Of a DNA stretch of 64,000 nt, positions 27,314 through 36,975 are shown in pieces. The notes under the pieces were generated by a model, which saw only the letters and a program-made list of their open reading frames with translations, was not told the origin of the DNA and did no database searches. The DNA is from an uncultured bacterium (GTDB lineage: Bacteria > Patescibacteriota > Minisyncoccia > Phycocordibacterales > PALSA-1337): contig CAIQIZ010000028.1 in NCBI GenBank assembly GCA_903872035.1, forward strand, positions 24,038 to 88,037, given 5' to 3'. The position numbers and the translations under genes are program-made. Position 1 is the first letter of the stretch; each line of letters starts with the position of its first letter.

Positions 27314-29305
27314 TTATTTCTTTGGCGCATCTTTCGGTGTATCCTTGGGTGCTGCTGACGCTTCAGACTTCGTCTCTCTTGCAACAGCCTTCGCCATTCC
27401 GTCAATTCGTTCCTTCTCGGCCTCTTCTTCCCCAGCATCGATATCTTTTTGTAGTCGTACTTGTTCTTTCTCAAGACGCTCAACATCTGCTAATTCCTCA
27501 GGGCTAGCCGGAATTCCCGGTTTAAAACCAATAGGTTTCCCCTTTGCCACAATCTTAGCTTTGAGTTCTTTAAGTTCATCATCCACTCTCGTTTTCTCAC
27601 GTTTGTTAGCTGCCAGGTCTGACTTCGCTTTTTTATCTCGAACTACCTTGTCCAATTTTGCTGCTGTTTGCCGATTTGCTCTGTTATCGATAGCGAAACC
27701 TATTGCACCACCAAGGTATAGATTACCCGGGCTAGCCTTCCAAGGAAGACTTTCACGATATTTCGCCTGATATGCTTTGGCTTTATCCTTAGCTACTCCA
27801 AAGGCCTTATCTCCTTCGGGGCCTTGGGCGAAATCACCACGGTCGACTTTATCCAACCTATCATGCATTCCTTCCTCGGCTTTTTTCTTTGCTGCTAAGC
27901 GAGCTTCGTATCCACCCGCTTTACCCCCACCGAAGCCGCCTGTGCTGACCTTAGACAGACCAGAAGAAGCTAAACCGCCGATGCCGGGCAAACGGCTTGC
28001 CAGGAATTTCATCGGAGCGCTTTCGTTCGCTCTGTAAGCCGCACGTCCGAGAGTTCGAGCACCAGCCTGGCTTCCGACACCCTTCCAAATATTTGCCGCG
28101 CTGAACTTCTTCATGGTTTTATCCATCCATCCAGTCGCAGATCCGCCCATCTTGAGGCCGACGATGAGAGGAAGGTTGAGCATGACTATGACCATGGCAA
28201 AATTGATGGCTAACACCATATAACTGAAAGTCCAATTGGTACCGGCTGGCAAGCTTGAAATATTGGAACTAGCCGCGCCCATGATGTTGCTTTCGTTGAG
28301 GACTTTCAAGGCTGCATACATAAGCAAAAGATACACGGGCATAAAGACTAATTGGGCCTCTAGTTGTGTCTTGAATTCTTTCATTTTGTCTGCTATTTGC
28401 GGGATGATCATACCGGCAAACCATATAGGTGAGAAGGCCAACAGAAATAGCAGGATAACCAATCTTGCGATGAATGCCGCCGCAGCCAAGAGAAAGCTGA
28501 AAGCGGCTGTTATCATTATGACAATGCCGACTATACCGACGACGATGATTGTGAAGGAATCTCCAAGTTTAGTTCCGATCCCGTTAGTCTTGGTATTAAA
28601 ATTGGTTTGGATCTTCAGGCTGTTCATGAAGATTTGAGAGATGCCATTTCCCGCGCTGACATTTGAGGTGCTTTGGGTCATTCCGGTTGCTGTCGCCAAA
28701 TCGGCTACGGTCGTCTTATCAGTCATGGTGATAGATGTTGGTACCATGGAGTTGAAAATAGCCAAAGAGACGACATTTGAAGCATCGATGAGGACGCTGA
28801 CTATGAAGAAACTGAAGTTGATCAGTATACCAGCGGTGACGATGGAGACTATCACTTTGCCATAATTGTTTCCAAGACCAAGGATGATTTGGAAGGCCGC
28901 GTATAGAAGGAAAAATATGAAGAATATGCCGGTCACGTCGCGGATAGTCTGCCAAATGGCGTAAATGGCGGGTGTGGCACTGACGAAGTCTTTGATGTGC
29001 ATGGTTATAACTATGGAAACGTTCAATATACCTCCGGCGAATGTGAGCATTATGCCCATAGCGTCTAAAGCAGTATTAACAATGTTTGATAGTACAGTAT
29101 TTATGCATTTCGTCGGATGAAGGACGTCACTCACGCTACATCCAGTTTGGCCACCGCCCGAACCTGGGTCAGGAGTGCTTGTTGGTGATGGAGACGCAGT
29201 TACAGACGGCGTTGGAGTCTGTGCGTTTACAGGAACTGCAAACAAAGAAAACACCGTAAGGACGAGGAAGAGTATCGGGATGATTTGTTTGAAATGCGAT
29301 TTCAT
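27314..29305 (-). CDS. Polytopic membrane protein, possibly VirB6/TrbL-like, with a charged C-terminal tail
   Basis: Signal peptide, six or more TM helices, then a Lys/Glu-rich hydrophilic C-terminus. Confidence 0.4.
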   Translation of the reverse strand: MKSHFKQIIPILFLVLTVFSLFAVPVNAQTPTPSVTASPSPTSTPDPGSGGGQTGCSVSDVLHPTKCINTVLSNIVNTALDAMGIMLTFAGGILNVSIVITMHIKDFVSATPAIYAIWQTIRDVTGIFFIFFLLYAAFQIILGLGNNYGKVIVSIVTAGILINFSFFIVSVLIDASNVVSLAIFNSMVPTSITMTDKTTVADLATATGMTQSTSNVSAGNGISQIFMNSLKIQTNFNTKTNGIGTKLGDSFTIIVVGIVGIVIMITAAFSFLLAAAAFIARLVILLFLLAFSPIWFAGMIIPQIADKMKEFKTQLEAQLVFMPVYLLLMYAALKVLNESNIMGAASSNISSLPAGTNWTFSYMVLAINFAMVIVMLNLPLIVGLKMGGSATGWMDKTMKKFSAANIWKGVGSQAGARTLGRAAYRANESAPMKFLASRLPGIGGLASSGLSKVSTGGFGGGKAGGYEARLAAKKKAEEGMHDRLDKVDRGDFAQGPEGDKAFGVAKDKAKAYQAKYRESLPWKASPGNLYLGGAIGFAIDNRANRQTAAKLDKVVRDKKAKSDLAANKREKTRVDDELKELKAKIVAKGKPIGFKPGIPASPEELADVERLEKEQVRLQKDIDAGEEEAEKERIDGMAKAVARETKSEASAAPKDTPKDAPKK

Positions 29306-29311
29306 AGAATA

Positions 29312-31072
29312 TTATGGGGCGGCTGTCGGCGTGGCCGTTCCACTGGTGCAAAGGGCTTGGTATGGCGCCAGAGTCGTCTGAAGCGTGGTGGCTGTTTGGG
29401 TGGCGGTAGTGAGATATGTTTGGGCAACTTGCGGATCTAGAACAGCCGTAGTTGACTGGGCTATGAGGTTGTTCAAACTATTTTGTTGGTCGGTCAACTG
29501 TTGGGCTGTTGTGGCGCTTTGCATCTGTGACACAGCGCTTTGGATGGCTAGCAAGACAGATTGCGTGCTGTTATAAGCGCTTTGATATTGGTTGACTGCT
29601 GGAGTCACAGTGATGGAGATGACGTTATTCAAAGCAGTGAGGCTCGTTTGCAGACTTGCCGCTGCTCCGGAAGCGCTGGCTCGCGTCTGTAGACAGGCTG
29701 AAGCCGCTGCATAAGCAGTTTGTTGTTGTTTTATGAGTGTGAGTGCCGAATTCAAAGTCGTCACTGATTGTTGGACTGATGCGACCGCAGTATTGATCGG
29801 AGCAACGGTCTGCTGTTTGAGATTGGTGAAGTTTGTTTGAAGTGCTGGGTCGCTGTTTGCGTATTGGTTGATGAATGATTGGGATGCTGCGTTGCTTCCA
29901 GAGCTTGAATTGCTAGAAGTTGTTTTCGTCAAAGACAACAATCCACCACCATTAGAGAGGACCTGATTGAAGAGCTGATTTGTCAAAGCGGTGGCTATCT
30001 CGTTTATATCGTGGGTCATGTTCAAAGTATCGGTTTGGGCACCGAGCTGTTTGTTGAGTGCGGCGGAAATGACTGAACCTGGCGTCTCGACGTGGCAGAC
30101 TTTGGTGGTTGCGGTGCTTCCAGAAGATGTTTGAACGTTGTCGCATTTTTGCCATGACAAGAATCCATTTCCCCTGTTCAGGTCATTATTGATCGCGTTC
30201 TGTTTTTTCTGTATCTGCACATCCAGGTCGCTCTTTGCTTGTAGGGCAGCCCCGAAAGCATTGTTTTGTGGCTCGGACACTAGAGCCATGAAAGCTGGCC
30301 AGCCACCTTGACGGAAATCGCCTCCCATGAAGCCGTCGACGCTGGCACCATTAATGCTTATATCGTTAGGGTTGTTCAGGACATTTCCTGACATTATATC
30401 TCCTAGATTTGTGCCATTCGAACTTCCCTTAACTGAGACGGAAACATTGCCGCTTTGTTTGGCTGTCTGTATCACCTTGCTCAAGGTACATGTATATCGT
30501 TGATTTAAGGTCGATGTTTGTCCCAATGCTAGCGAGAGACGAAGGTCGATATTGAATGGAGAACAGAGTGATTTACCTAACGGACCGAGGTCGCTGATGA
30601 ATGCCCCGGTAACTTGGTCGGCGGCATCCATGAAGAAACCTTCAGGATTCTTTAAGAACGCCGGTTCTCCTTTGAAGCCGGTATTGATCCAAGTTACTAC
30701 GCTATTCGTAAGTTGGTGCAGTATCACCTGGGCAGCTTGCCAGGCCAGGCCTTTCCATGTGCAGACGTCATCCTTCACGGCCGTAGTATTTGATCTAACC
30801 GTTGCGTCGGAAACAGGCACCGCATTCCCACCAATGATGCTCCCTACGCTACCGCTTCCACCACTGCCGCCACCGATACCTACTGCGCTTCCTATGCCAC
30901 TTAAAATCGATCCCATGTTACAAGCGATCAGTCCCGCCCCCACTCCCCCGACCGCTCCTGCTATTTGTGCCTGTGCTGTTGCGGGAAGATATACTGCCGA
31001 GGTCATGAATAGAATCGAAGTAACGAATGCTAGGCAGATCCCATTTTTGATTATGTTGTTCTTGATTGTCAT
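29312..31072 (-). CDS. Secreted Gly-rich then Q/T/S-rich protein
   Basis: Signal peptide; low-complexity repeats. Confidence 0.45.
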   Translation of the reverse strand: MTIKNNIIKNGICLAFVTSILFMTSAVYLPATAQAQIAGAVGGVGAGLIACNMGSILSGIGSAVGIGGGSGGSGSVGSIIGGNAVPVSDATVRSNTTAVKDDVCTWKGLAWQAAQVILHQLTNSVVTWINTGFKGEPAFLKNPEGFFMDAADQVTGAFISDLGPLGKSLCSPFNIDLRLSLALGQTSTLNQRYTCTLSKVIQTAKQSGNVSVSVKGSSNGTNLGDIMSGNVLNNPNDISINGASVDGFMGGDFRQGGWPAFMALVSEPQNNAFGAALQAKSDLDVQIQKKQNAINNDLNRGNGFLSWQKCDNVQTSSGSTATTKVCHVETPGSVISAALNKQLGAQTDTLNMTHDINEIATALTNQLFNQVLSNGGGLLSLTKTTSSNSSSGSNAASQSFINQYANSDPALQTNFTNLKQQTVAPINTAVASVQQSVTTLNSALTLIKQQQTAYAAASACLQTRASASGAAASLQTSLTALNNVISITVTPAVNQYQSAYNSTQSVLLAIQSAVSQMQSATTAQQLTDQQNSLNNLIAQSTTAVLDPQVAQTYLTTATQTATTLQTTLAPYQALCTSGTATPTAAP

Positions 31073-31078
31073 AGTGAT

Positions 31079-31945
31079 TTATCGGACTAGCGCATTCAAA
31101 GCGTTCTGATTGATCATGAATGGAACCCCCTCGCCCTCCAGTACAGCGTTCATATCTTGTAGGCCGGTGATGATCTGTTGGGCCCCGGTCACGTGCATAG
31201 ACATACCGGATAGGCCGCTTACGGAGTCAGTGTCAAAGCCGCGAAAATCTACAGCTGCGGATTTCATCGTGCTCAGGGCGTTCACAAGTTCTAGATATTG
31301 GGATGAAATGATCTCGGGTGTAGGGATAGCAAGAAGTGAAGAGATCATCCTCTTGTATGCAGCGATGATCGGGTCGATATTTTTGAGTACGGATGGATCA
31401 TTCTTGGAAATATATGATTGGACGATTGAAGATTGGCTAGTTCTTATATTATATGAATCGAGGACCGTGGTGACTGCCTGGCTGAAGGTTAGTAGCGTAT
31501 TTTTATCGTTTGCGGCGATCGTATGCAAATCACCGACAACATATAATTTTGTTGGATTTGTATTGATATGCTCAGCCGCAATATTTGCTGTCGTTTGGTC
31601 TATAGCGTCCTGATCATTCACCAAATCTGCTTGTTTCAGTCCGATATAGCTGGTAAAGAAATCTCTCGCTAAGTTATCAGTTGCTGTAAGCTTCTCTTTT
31701 GTGATGGCGGAATCGCTGTTCGGAGGTGTCTTAACTGTCCCCTCGAACTGTTTCTTCCAGTCACCATTGTCGGTGCTAGTATTTGGTTGCAAATCTGTCA
31801 CCACAGCAGCCGAGTTGTTGTTGCCAGCGCCATTTATTTGGCCAGCGTTTGCGTTTAACGAGGCGTAATGGGTTGTTCCCCAGACGGCCAAAACGCAAAC
31901 CACGAATATTATTACCGTCTGCTTACGCGGGTAGAAAATCGCCAT
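31079..31945 (-). CDS. N-terminally membrane-anchored hypothetical protein; first gene of the minus-strand block
   Basis: Single N-terminal TM helix. Tandem TATACT TATACT directly before the ATG. Confidence 0.45.
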   Translation of the reverse strand: MAIFYPRKQTVIIFVVCVLAVWGTTHYASLNANAGQINGAGNNNSAAVVTDLQPNTSTDNGDWKKQFEGTVKTPPNSDSAITKEKLTATDNLARDFFTSYIGLKQADLVNDQDAIDQTTANIAAEHINTNPTKLYVVGDLHTIAANDKNTLLTFSQAVTTVLDSYNIRTSQSSIVQSYISKNDPSVLKNIDPIIAAYKRMISSLLAIPTPEIISSQYLELVNALSTMKSAAVDFRGFDTDSVSGLSGMSMHVTGAQQIITGLQDMNAVLEGEGVPFMINQNALNALVR

Positions 31946-32027
31946 AGTATAAGTATACCAGCGTGAGGCTTTAAAATCTTATAAATTTGGGGATAATGAT
32001 ATTAGATCAGGAGTAATCCGAATGCGT

Positions 32028-32113
32028 GATATATTCGCTTCGCTCATATATCGTCTTCGCTCGAATCTCAAAAATGCGAGCATTTACGAGATTCTCGCTA
32101 GCCGCTATAATTA
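32028..32113 (+). promoter_or_regulatory. Family-2 gene-upstream module in plus orientation; promoter of the 32120 gene
   Basis: GATATATTCGCTTCGCTCATATATCGTCTTCGCTCG box, a hairpin of different sequence, -35 TTTACG at 32083-32088, 17-nt spacer, -10 TATAAT at 32106-32111, and the ATG 8 nt later. Confidence 0.5.
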
Positions 32114-32119
32114 CTTCAC

Positions 32120-33226
32120 ATGACTAAGTCGATCTTATTGTCTATTGTTGCAGTCTCTTGTCTCTTGGTTGGCATAGCGAGCGTTTCTGCGAGTACGACC
32201 TTCCGTCGGAATCTCTCCATCGGTGCTCAGGGTCCAGATGTCAGAGAATTACAAGTTATTCTCAATAAAGACCCACTGACAGCGGTTTCCTCAACCGGTT
32301 CTGGGTCGCCAGGCTTGGAAACTGCATATTTTGGGGTCAAAACTGCCAAAGCCGTGGCTAGATTTCAAGAGAAATATGCCAAGGACATTCTCACACCGAA
32401 CAATTTGACGTCGGGAACCGGATTTGTTGGCTTAAAAACAAGGGAAAAGCTGGAAAGTTTGATAAATTTGAGTATTTCTTCTTCGAATACTCCTCAGGTG
32501 AGTGTTGTCCCCGCCGTTTCGCCAGCAAGCACAGCGGTGAGTCCTGTGGTAATTCCTTCTGTGCCCATTCCAGGCATAAATACGGCCGGTTCTTTGAGTA
32601 GTGCAGATATTCAGAAATATCTGTCCCGTGGCGTTATTCCCCAAAGTCTTGCATTTGACCGAGTTTTTCCGAATGACCTTATGATTTTTGGGCTTTCTCA
32701 TAATAAGGCCAAACCCGGCGATCAATTGCAGGTCACTGGCGGCGGTTTTGCGAATACCATGATATTTCACCTTGGTCCGGCGAATAGTGTCAATGTTCAG
32801 GCAACTACTGCCGATCAATTCTCGATTACGGTGCCGAATATTTCATTCGGACAATACAAGGTTTGGCTTACGGATGCGACCAGAACTACCGAAAACGCGA
32901 CCCCACTCTTTCTCACTATCGGAAATATTACTGACGATCGCCCCCTCATCGCTTCCGTGTCACCTATACAAGCCGATAGAAATAGCCAGATTGTCGTAAC
33001 TGCCGACTCGCTCGACACCACTGGCAATACGGTTTACTCGAATATTGGTATAATCAGATCAGTCAGCTCGCCTGATGGCCATAGTCTGACATTCAAAGTA
33101 AGTGATTTGCCCAATGCTGCAGTATTCTTCAGTGATACGAATATAAATCAGTTCACAGTTACGTTCAGCATCGGAACATCCAAAGGAAAGAGCTTAAATT
33201 ACGGATATTTTCATTTAACGAAATAA
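32120..33226 (+). CDS. Secreted protein with N-terminal PG_binding_1-like domain and Ig-like repeats
   Basis: Signal peptide; motif AVARFQEKYAKDILTPNNLTSGTGFVGLKTREKL. Confidence 0.55.
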   Translation: MTKSILLSIVAVSCLLVGIASVSASTTFRRNLSIGAQGPDVRELQVILNKDPLTAVSSTGSGSPGLETAYFGVKTAKAVARFQEKYAKDILTPNNLTSGTGFVGLKTREKLESLINLSISSSNTPQVSVVPAVSPASTAVSPVVIPSVPIPGINTAGSLSSADIQKYLSRGVIPQSLAFDRVFPNDLMIFGLSHNKAKPGDQLQVTGGGFANTMIFHLGPANSVNVQATTADQFSITVPNISFGQYKVWLTDATRTTENATPLFLTIGNITDDRPLIASVSPIQADRNSQIVVTADSLDTTGNTVYSNIGIIRSVSSPDGHSLTFKVSDLPNAAVFFSDTNINQFTVTFSIGTSKGKSLNYGYFHLTK

Positions 33227-33232
33227 CTCATC

Positions 33233-33739
33233 ATGGGATTTTCTGCAAATACAATAAATAGTCGCTCGCAAGGTTGTGTCAAAGCACTTATTTCTATAAT
33301 AGCCATTGTTTCCTTGGTTTTACCGCTTACTGCGAAGGCTTACGGTAGGATGTTCGATGGAGGCATGTTGTTAGGAATAGAAGAAAAGTGTACGTGTAGT
33401 GGAGGCACTAATATAAATACCATGAGCTATGTTGATAATAGTTATCATGTTTATCTATATCAGCCAGGAGTGACTCAGTTATATCCCAATTACAATATTA
33501 TGAGCTCCGATGCGTATTTTTTGACAACTCTGACACCGGTTGCAATTTGTCTGGTGTATCAAGGAGAAGATTGTGGTGATAGCGCCCAAAATCCGGAAGG
33601 AGTATTTCGTTTGATCGGGACTTCTTTCAATAATGGAAAGAATAGTTTTGCAACTCTTTTCGATTCGTTGCCCGGATCGTCGCTTATTTCTAACACCGCG
33701 TCTAGACTTACCCCGACTTTTTCTTGGAAAGGCCCATAG
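33233..33739 (+). CDS. Small secreted Cys-containing hypothetical protein
   Basis: 168 aa with signal peptide. Confidence 0.4.
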   Translation: MGFSANTINSRSQGCVKALISIIAIVSLVLPLTAKAYGRMFDGGMLLGIEEKCTCSGGTNINTMSYVDNSYHVYLYQPGVTQLYPNYNIMSSDAYFLTTLTPVAICLVYQGEDCGDSAQNPEGVFRLIGTSFNNGKNSFATLFDSLPGSSLISNTASRLTPTFSWKGP

Positions 33740-34535
33740 TGGCTATTTGTAGCCATTGCTCGACAGTCAAATCCTCTGCGCGGATTTTTTCATTTAAGTT
33801 CAATCCTCCCCAGAGCGACTTTAATGCATCTTTGTCCATGAGAATTTCGAGATTTCTTATCAAGAATTTTCTCTTGTGAGCAAAACCGGCTTTGACGATA
33901 CTGAAGAAGAATCTGATCGCAACATCCGATGACTCTTCGCTAGAAAATGTATCGGCCGAGATATTTTCAATCGAAAGAATAGCCGAATCTACTGTTGGTG
34001 GAGGTGTGAATGCCCCCGGTGGAACGGTAGCGATGATCTTCGGCGTGCCGAAAGATTTTACCGAGATTGAAAGAACGCTCTCCTTCCCCTCACCGCCAGG
34101 AAGCGAGCCCAAGATCCGTTTGGCGACTTCCTTCTGAACCAATAGGACCATTCGACTTGGTCGCGGTTCGTGTTCGAGGAACTTTTCAAGGATTGCTCCG
34201 GTTATGTAGTAAGGAATGTTGGCGATGATTGAAAAGGAAGGAGGAAGGAGGAAGGAGGAAGGAGCAAGGATATCACCGCGAATCAATTGTAATTGGCTGG
34301 CGGAAATCTCCTTTGAGAATTTTTCTTTAAGCATGTCGACAGAGCGTTCATCCATTTCAACGGCGACAACCTTTGCGCCGGAGGTAATCAAGGCTTCAGT
34401 AAGGACTCCTGTACCTGGCCCTATTTCCAAGATATTTTCATCAGCTTTGATGTCGGCAGCCGAAATGATCTGATCCAGAACATGTTTTGAATTCAAGAAG
34501 TGTTGACCGAGCGATTTTTTTGGTCTAAGAGTCAT
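33708..34535 (-). CDS. rsmA: 16S rRNA (adenine1518/1519-N6)-dimethyltransferase
   Basis: SLGQHFL N-terminus, SAM motif LEIGPGTG and NIPYYIT. Contains an in-frame PSSFLLPPSF insertion encoded by a GGAAGGA tandem repeat. Confidence 0.85.
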   Translation of the reverse strand: MTLRPKKSLGQHFLNSKHVLDQIISAADIKADENILEIGPGTGVLTEALITSGAKVVAVEMDERSVDMLKEKFSKEISASQLQLIRGDILAPSSFLLPPSFSIIANIPYYITGAILEKFLEHEPRPSRMVLLVQKEVAKRILGSLPGGEGKESVLSISVKSFGTPKIIATVPPGAFTPPPTVDSAILSIENISADTFSSEESSDVAIRFFFSIVKAGFAHKRKFLIRNLEILMDKDALKSLWGGLNLNEKIRAEDLTVEQWLQIATMGLSKKKSG

Positions 34536-34599
34536 GCAGAAGATACTAATTCATGGGCGGGCATTAAGCAATCGAGAGCGATAAATCGAGAGCGAAAAA

Positions 34600-36594
34600 T
34601 TAAAAATCAATGAATATCGCCTTGGCGCCGGTAGGCTTTGCTGGTGGCCGATCATCGAGCAGATCCTTTTCAATATCTTCGATGAATTCTGATGGCAAGT
34701 TGACTCTTTGGGCTCCATAGACAGTTCGGAGCACGGTGTAGCTCAGGTAAACCTTCTTCTTGGCTCGTGTCAGAGCCACGTAAAAGAGGCGACGCTCCTC
34801 CTCCTCTTCTGATTTACTGATCTCGCCTTCATCCATATGTTTTAAAGGAAACAGATCTTGTTCAAGGCCGGAAATGAAGACATGATCGAACTCGAGCCCT
34901 TTGGAGGCATGCACAGTCATCAGTTTGACAGCATCCTTATCTTTTTGTAGCTCATCCTGGTCAGTAGCTAGGGCGGCGTTTTCTAGGAGTGCTTCAATGC
35001 CGGCGAATCCTTTGGGCTCCGCGGTTCCGACGTACGTCGGGACGCTTTGTCCAGCGGGCTCGATTGTATCCGTACCAAAATTGTCATATTGCGCCGCCAC
35101 AGAAACCAATTCTTGGACGTTCAGCAACCTTTCTTCATCTTCAGTATCGCCGCTGCGGAGCTGATTCTCAATGCCGGTTTCTTGGATGATGAACTTTATT
35201 ACTTCTGATGGCTTCTTCTCCTCAATCTCGTGACGGATATCGTCGAGTAATTTCCAGAATTGAGATATTTTCGCCTGCATTCCCAGCGGTAAGAGATCTT
35301 CCCTCTTGGACATTATCTTGGCAACTGTAGCTTTGCCTATACCTCGGATTGGAACGTTTATGACGCGACCTATGTCAGCCCAACTCTCTCTATTTAAAGC
35401 CGCTTTTACGTACGAGAGAACGTCTTTTACCTCCTTTCTTTCGAAGAATCTGACTCCGATCAATTGGTACGGCACATTTTTCTTGATGAAAGACTCCTCG
35501 AGCACTCGCGACTGGAAGTTTGTGCGGTAAAGGACAGCCATGCTTCGCGGCGATGTACCGGAGTCGATGAGAGCTCGAGAGATTTCGGCAATGTTTCGCG
35601 CTTCTTCGATTTCTGTATAGGCAACAATCAGCGAAATCTTCTCGCCATGCTCGTTGTCTGTATAGAGCGTCTTCTTTTTGCGTATGAGGTTCTTTTCAAT
35701 GATGTTATTGGCGGCTTTCAGAATAGTCTTGGTAGAACGATAGTTCTTTTCCAAGGTGATGACGATCGCCTCAGGATAGTCTTTCTCGAAGTTGAGGATG
35801 TTCTCTATGGTGGCGCCGCGCCAACTGTAGATATTTTGGTCGGCGTCGCCGACTACACAGATATTGTGATGCGATTCGGCCAAGTACTTGGCGATCTGAT
35901 ACTGAACGTGGTTAGTGTCCTGGTATTCATCGATGTGGATGTATTTCCAGATCGAACCGTATCGTTTTCGGAGATCCAAATGGTCTCGTAGCAGCGTCAT
36001 TGTTTTCAAAAGGAGATCGTCGAAGTCGAGGGCTTTTTCTTTGGCTAGAATGGAGTCGTATTTTTCCCAAACCTGGGCCACCAGCTCTTCCATGTTATCT
36101 CTAGCACGGTCGGTGTATTCCAGATAGCTGATCCCGTCGCCTTTGGCTCTGGATATCATGTTTAAGACGGTGCCGGGGTCGAATTTCTTTGGGTCGATAG
36201 AAGATTGGACCATCGATTCTTTGATGGCTCGGCGAGAATCAGCGCGGTCGTAGATCGTAAAATGTCTGGTAAGTCCCAATAGTTGAGCGTTTTCTTTGAT
36301 GATATGTACTCCGAGAGCGTGGAATGTGCTCATGAAAGGTCTTTCGTTGAAAGAAATGGGAATATTGAGATCCTTATCTTCTTTGAGAAGCGTGCCGACG
36401 CGCTCCCGCATCTCCTTGGCGGACTTATTAGTAAAGGTGATGGCCAATATTGAATGCGGTGCCACCCCTTTTTTAATGAGATTGAGTATTCTGTGAGTTA
36501 TCACCCTGGTTTTCCCGGCTCCGGCGCCAGCCACGATCAAAACCGGTCCTTCTGTGGTCTCTACCGCCCTCTGCTGCGCATCATTCAATGACAT
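34600..36594 (-). CDS. pcrA: ATP-dependent DNA helicase PcrA/UvrD (SF1)
   Basis: LNDAQQRAV, Walker A AGAGAGKT, SF1 helicase motifs. Confidence 0.85.
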   Translation of the reverse strand: MSLNDAQQRAVETTEGPVLIVAGAGAGKTRVITHRILNLIKKGVAPHSILAITFTNKSAKEMRERVGTLLKEDKDLNIPISFNERPFMSTFHALGVHIIKENAQLLGLTRHFTIYDRADSRRAIKESMVQSSIDPKKFDPGTVLNMISRAKGDGISYLEYTDRARDNMEELVAQVWEKYDSILAKEKALDFDDLLLKTMTLLRDHLDLRKRYGSIWKYIHIDEYQDTNHVQYQIAKYLAESHHNICVVGDADQNIYSWRGATIENILNFEKDYPEAIVITLEKNYRSTKTILKAANNIIEKNLIRKKKTLYTDNEHGEKISLIVAYTEIEEARNIAEISRALIDSGTSPRSMAVLYRTNFQSRVLEESFIKKNVPYQLIGVRFFERKEVKDVLSYVKAALNRESWADIGRVINVPIRGIGKATVAKIMSKREDLLPLGMQAKISQFWKLLDDIRHEIEEKKPSEVIKFIIQETGIENQLRSGDTEDEERLLNVQELVSVAAQYDNFGTDTIEPAGQSVPTYVGTAEPKGFAGIEALLENAALATDQDELQKDKDAVKLMTVHASKGLEFDHVFISGLEQDLFPLKHMDEGEISKSEEEEERRLFYVALTRAKKKVYLSYTVLRTVYGAQRVNLPSEFIEDIEKDLLDDRPPAKPTGAKAIFIDF

Positions 36595-36698
36595 GGAGGT
36601 ATCTTACAGGAAGAATGATGAATGAGGAATGATCGGCGGTGCAGTAAAAGTTCCTACTACGTCGTTTGGCTCTAGGAGATTATGTTTTAGAAGGCGAA

Positions 36699-36750
36699 GG
36701 AAATCTTTTTGTTTGAGCGCTGGGGGCCAGCGGCAAACAGAAAGATTTCC
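36699..36750 (+). repeat. Family-1 palindromic element, copy C
   Basis: GGAAATCTTTTTGTTTGAGCGCTGGGGGCCAGCGGCAAACAGAAAGATTTCC. Flanks (GAAGGCGAAGG on the 5' side, CGGAGTCTTC on the 3' side) are shared with copies F and B. Confidence 0.7.
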
Positions 36751-36975
36751 GGAGTCTTCGACAATACTTTATTTGACAGTTCGTCAATAAAGGTTATTAA
36801 AAGTAAGGTGTGCATATCTCTCGTTGACAATAAATCCTTGCCTGATAACCTAGAGAGATATCCTACAATAAGTAAGTAAAAAAATGGCCACACAGAGCCA
36901 TTTATTGTATAGGAATAAACACACTGGACGTATGGATGGCAGATCTGGCTGACTTGCGGAAAGAAAAAATTTATT

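Noticed and set aside
34540-34600. Tandem ATCGAGAGCGA repeat between rsmA and pcrA
   Set aside because: It is short (two units). It resembles the CGAGCG boxes of family 2 but lacks the rest of the module. Insufficient to call.
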